Part shown: piece by piece, positions 62,501 to 64,000 of the stretch
Layout of the letters: each line of letters begins with the position of its first letter
How positions within the stretch are numbered: position 1 is the stretch's first letter
Assembly (NCBI RefSeq): GCF_018977255.1
Contig: NW_024704766.1
Coordinates: forward strand, 4,898,001-4,962,000
Source of the DNA: Callorhinchus milii
Lineage: Eukaryota
DNA length: 64,000 nucleotides
Direction of reading: 5' to 3'
Position numbers and translations under genes: made by a program
The notes under the pieces: generated by a model
The model's input: only the letters and a program-made list of their open reading frames with translations
What the model was told of the DNA's origin: nothing
Databases searched by the model: none

Positions 62501-63462
62501 TTTTAGGTATGTACCTACTTCTCTTTTGAAAGCTGGTATCGAATCTGCTTCCACCGGGCTTTCAGGCCGTGAGTTTCATAACTGTCTGGTTAAAAAAAAA
62601 GTCTCCTCGTCTCCCCTCTGGTTCTTTTCCCAATTGACTTAAATCTGTGTCCACTGGTAACCGGCCCACCCAACCGCCAGAGTAAACAGTTTCTCCGTAT
62701 TTATTCTATCAAAACCCCTCATAATTTTGAACACCTCTATTAAATCTCCCCTCAATCCCCTCTTCCCCAAATAGAATAATCCCAGCCTCTCACGTCCACA
62801 GGTAGGCTAATAATAATAATCCTTGCATTGGATATAGCGCCTTTTTACGACTTCTAGACATCTCAAAACGCTTCACAGAATATACTGTAAAGTGAAACGA
62901 CTGCGTTTTGTGGGCGAAACGCGGAAGCCAATTGCGCACGGCAGCAATCTCACGAACAGTTGTAAATTAAGTGACCAAATTATTCTTTTTTTTTAAGGAA
63001 TTATTACCCCTGGAAAAGCGATCCGCCAATCGATTAACATTGATTCTACCGATCTACTGTTAACGTTGTTTCGTACTTAACTGCTCGGTAAACAGAGGCG
63101 TGTGGGGTAAGGAAACTTGTCCAACGTTTTGCCCTGCCAGGATGAACCCAGGTTCTCTCACTTGCGAGGTTTAACCACTACGTTACAGGAATCCACAGGA
63201 TGTCTCTATTTGTATAGTTAGCACCACAGTGCAATGAACCTACCTGATAAGCAATAGCTCTACAAGCATCACACTTGAGATGGTCGGGCATGTGGTTAGA
63301 ATGAGCCTCCTCGTTATTCAGGTCGGGAGATTTCATCTCAATCGTTCCTGATGTTGCATATGGAAAGTGATCGCTTTCTTTCCTCTTCCTATCCCTGTGA
63401 TTGCCTCTGCCAGCAACCTCATACATACACATCACCAGCACGGCGGCAACAAGAAGCTTCAT
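59560..63462 (-). CDS. MZB1: MZB1/pERp1-family ER chaperone; spliced CDS span, 4 exons, apparent 1-nt frameshift in exon 4
   Basis: Exons 63462-63244 (signal peptide; EEAHSNHMPDHLKCDACRAIAYQ with CxxC), 61162-61041 (IQEYLSKKESK..LSESDYIETLDLCCSQSWE), 60264-60160 (YGVMEVNGVKRLSGPGL...SGPWPAR), 59727-59560 (LYKMCQAYLG/ELTEEEIYQEF...FLCYDKNGTC...KEEF*). Matches recalled MZB1 (HMPAHLRCDACRAVAYQ; YGVREVDQVKRLTGPGL; GPWPTRL; C-terminal REEL). Exon 4 needs one more G in the G4 run at 59697-59700. Orthologue versus paralogue is unresolved. Confidence 0.85.
62385..62790 (-). mobile_element. CR1-clade LINE 3' fragment
   Basis: Reverse strand reads MEADSIPAFKREVGTYL..., followed by a CR1-type 3'UTR (GAATGGCCTCCTT..GTGCTGTAAAATTCTACGATTC). 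Related fragments lie at ~4970-5130, 12880-13090, 18280-18640, 28940-29200, 53000-53145 and 54005-54345. Confidence 0.75.
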
Positions 63463-64000
63463 GGTTTCATCAATTATTGGCAATACTATACATTCAAACG
63501 GGGCTATTGAACAGTGTGAACCGCAGGCTGGCAGGAAACCAAGTGCTGATGTGTACTGTATGTGGCCCACGGTGTCTTCAGTTCATGTGCGCTGGACCAA
63601 TGAGGAATCGAAAAGCAGCAGCTTTAAGAAACTTTTTTTTTTAAAAAAAGTGAGCAAGAGATTGGGAGGGGAGAGAAAAATAATCTTTAAACAATCACTA
63701 TTTAGCAGGTTCTAAATCCTAACTCAAGTTTGGTAATTTTAGCTTAAAACTACACAAAACACGTCTGGCTCTCTGTTAAATGATTATACATTCTCGAGGG
63801 AACATCTGGCTCGACTCCCTTTGTTAATTACATTCCTATTTCTTCCCCCTTTTACAGCCTCGTCTATTTGCAGAATAACTTGAGCCGAGGAAAGGGCTAG
63901 CTTGCTCCCAACAAGACAGCAAAGCTGATTGGAATCAGCCAGGGAGAAGCTGTTCAAAAGGTGATGCTCACTAATTAATTTTCCGCCAACTTCATGTTTT

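Overview
Vertebrate genomic DNA, not prokaryotic. The repeat content (an Ala-tRNA-headed SINE, many L2 and CR1 LINE fragments, Deu-domain SINE relics) suggests a cartilaginous fish, possibly a chimaera; that assignment is inference. I reconstructed six spliced protein-coding genes by hand with GT-AG junctions and consistent phases: NKAPD1 (-) and PIH1D2 (+) head-to-head on a bidirectional promoter, then TMPRSS4 (-, 13 coding exons), SMIM35 (+), an IL10RA-type class II cytokine receptor (-, 7 exons) and an MZB1/pERp1-like ER chaperone (-, 4 exons, one apparent 1-nt frameshift). The first five match genes of human 11q23; MZB1 does not. The most notable observations are: (1) an MZB1-family gene inside the 11q23-like block; (2) a SMIM35 with an extra N-glycosylated ectodomain exon, plus a second reading frame that stays open across all five spliced exons from an overlapping ATG; (3) inverted arrays of a CR1-3'UTR-like minisatellite flanking that start exon; (4) twin RFX X-boxes in the NKAPD1/PIH1D2 promoter; (5) a 3' stem-loop shared by SINEs and L2 LINEs. 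Most ORFs in the supplied track are repeat-derived or shadow ORFs. All homology calls come from recalled sequences, not database searches.
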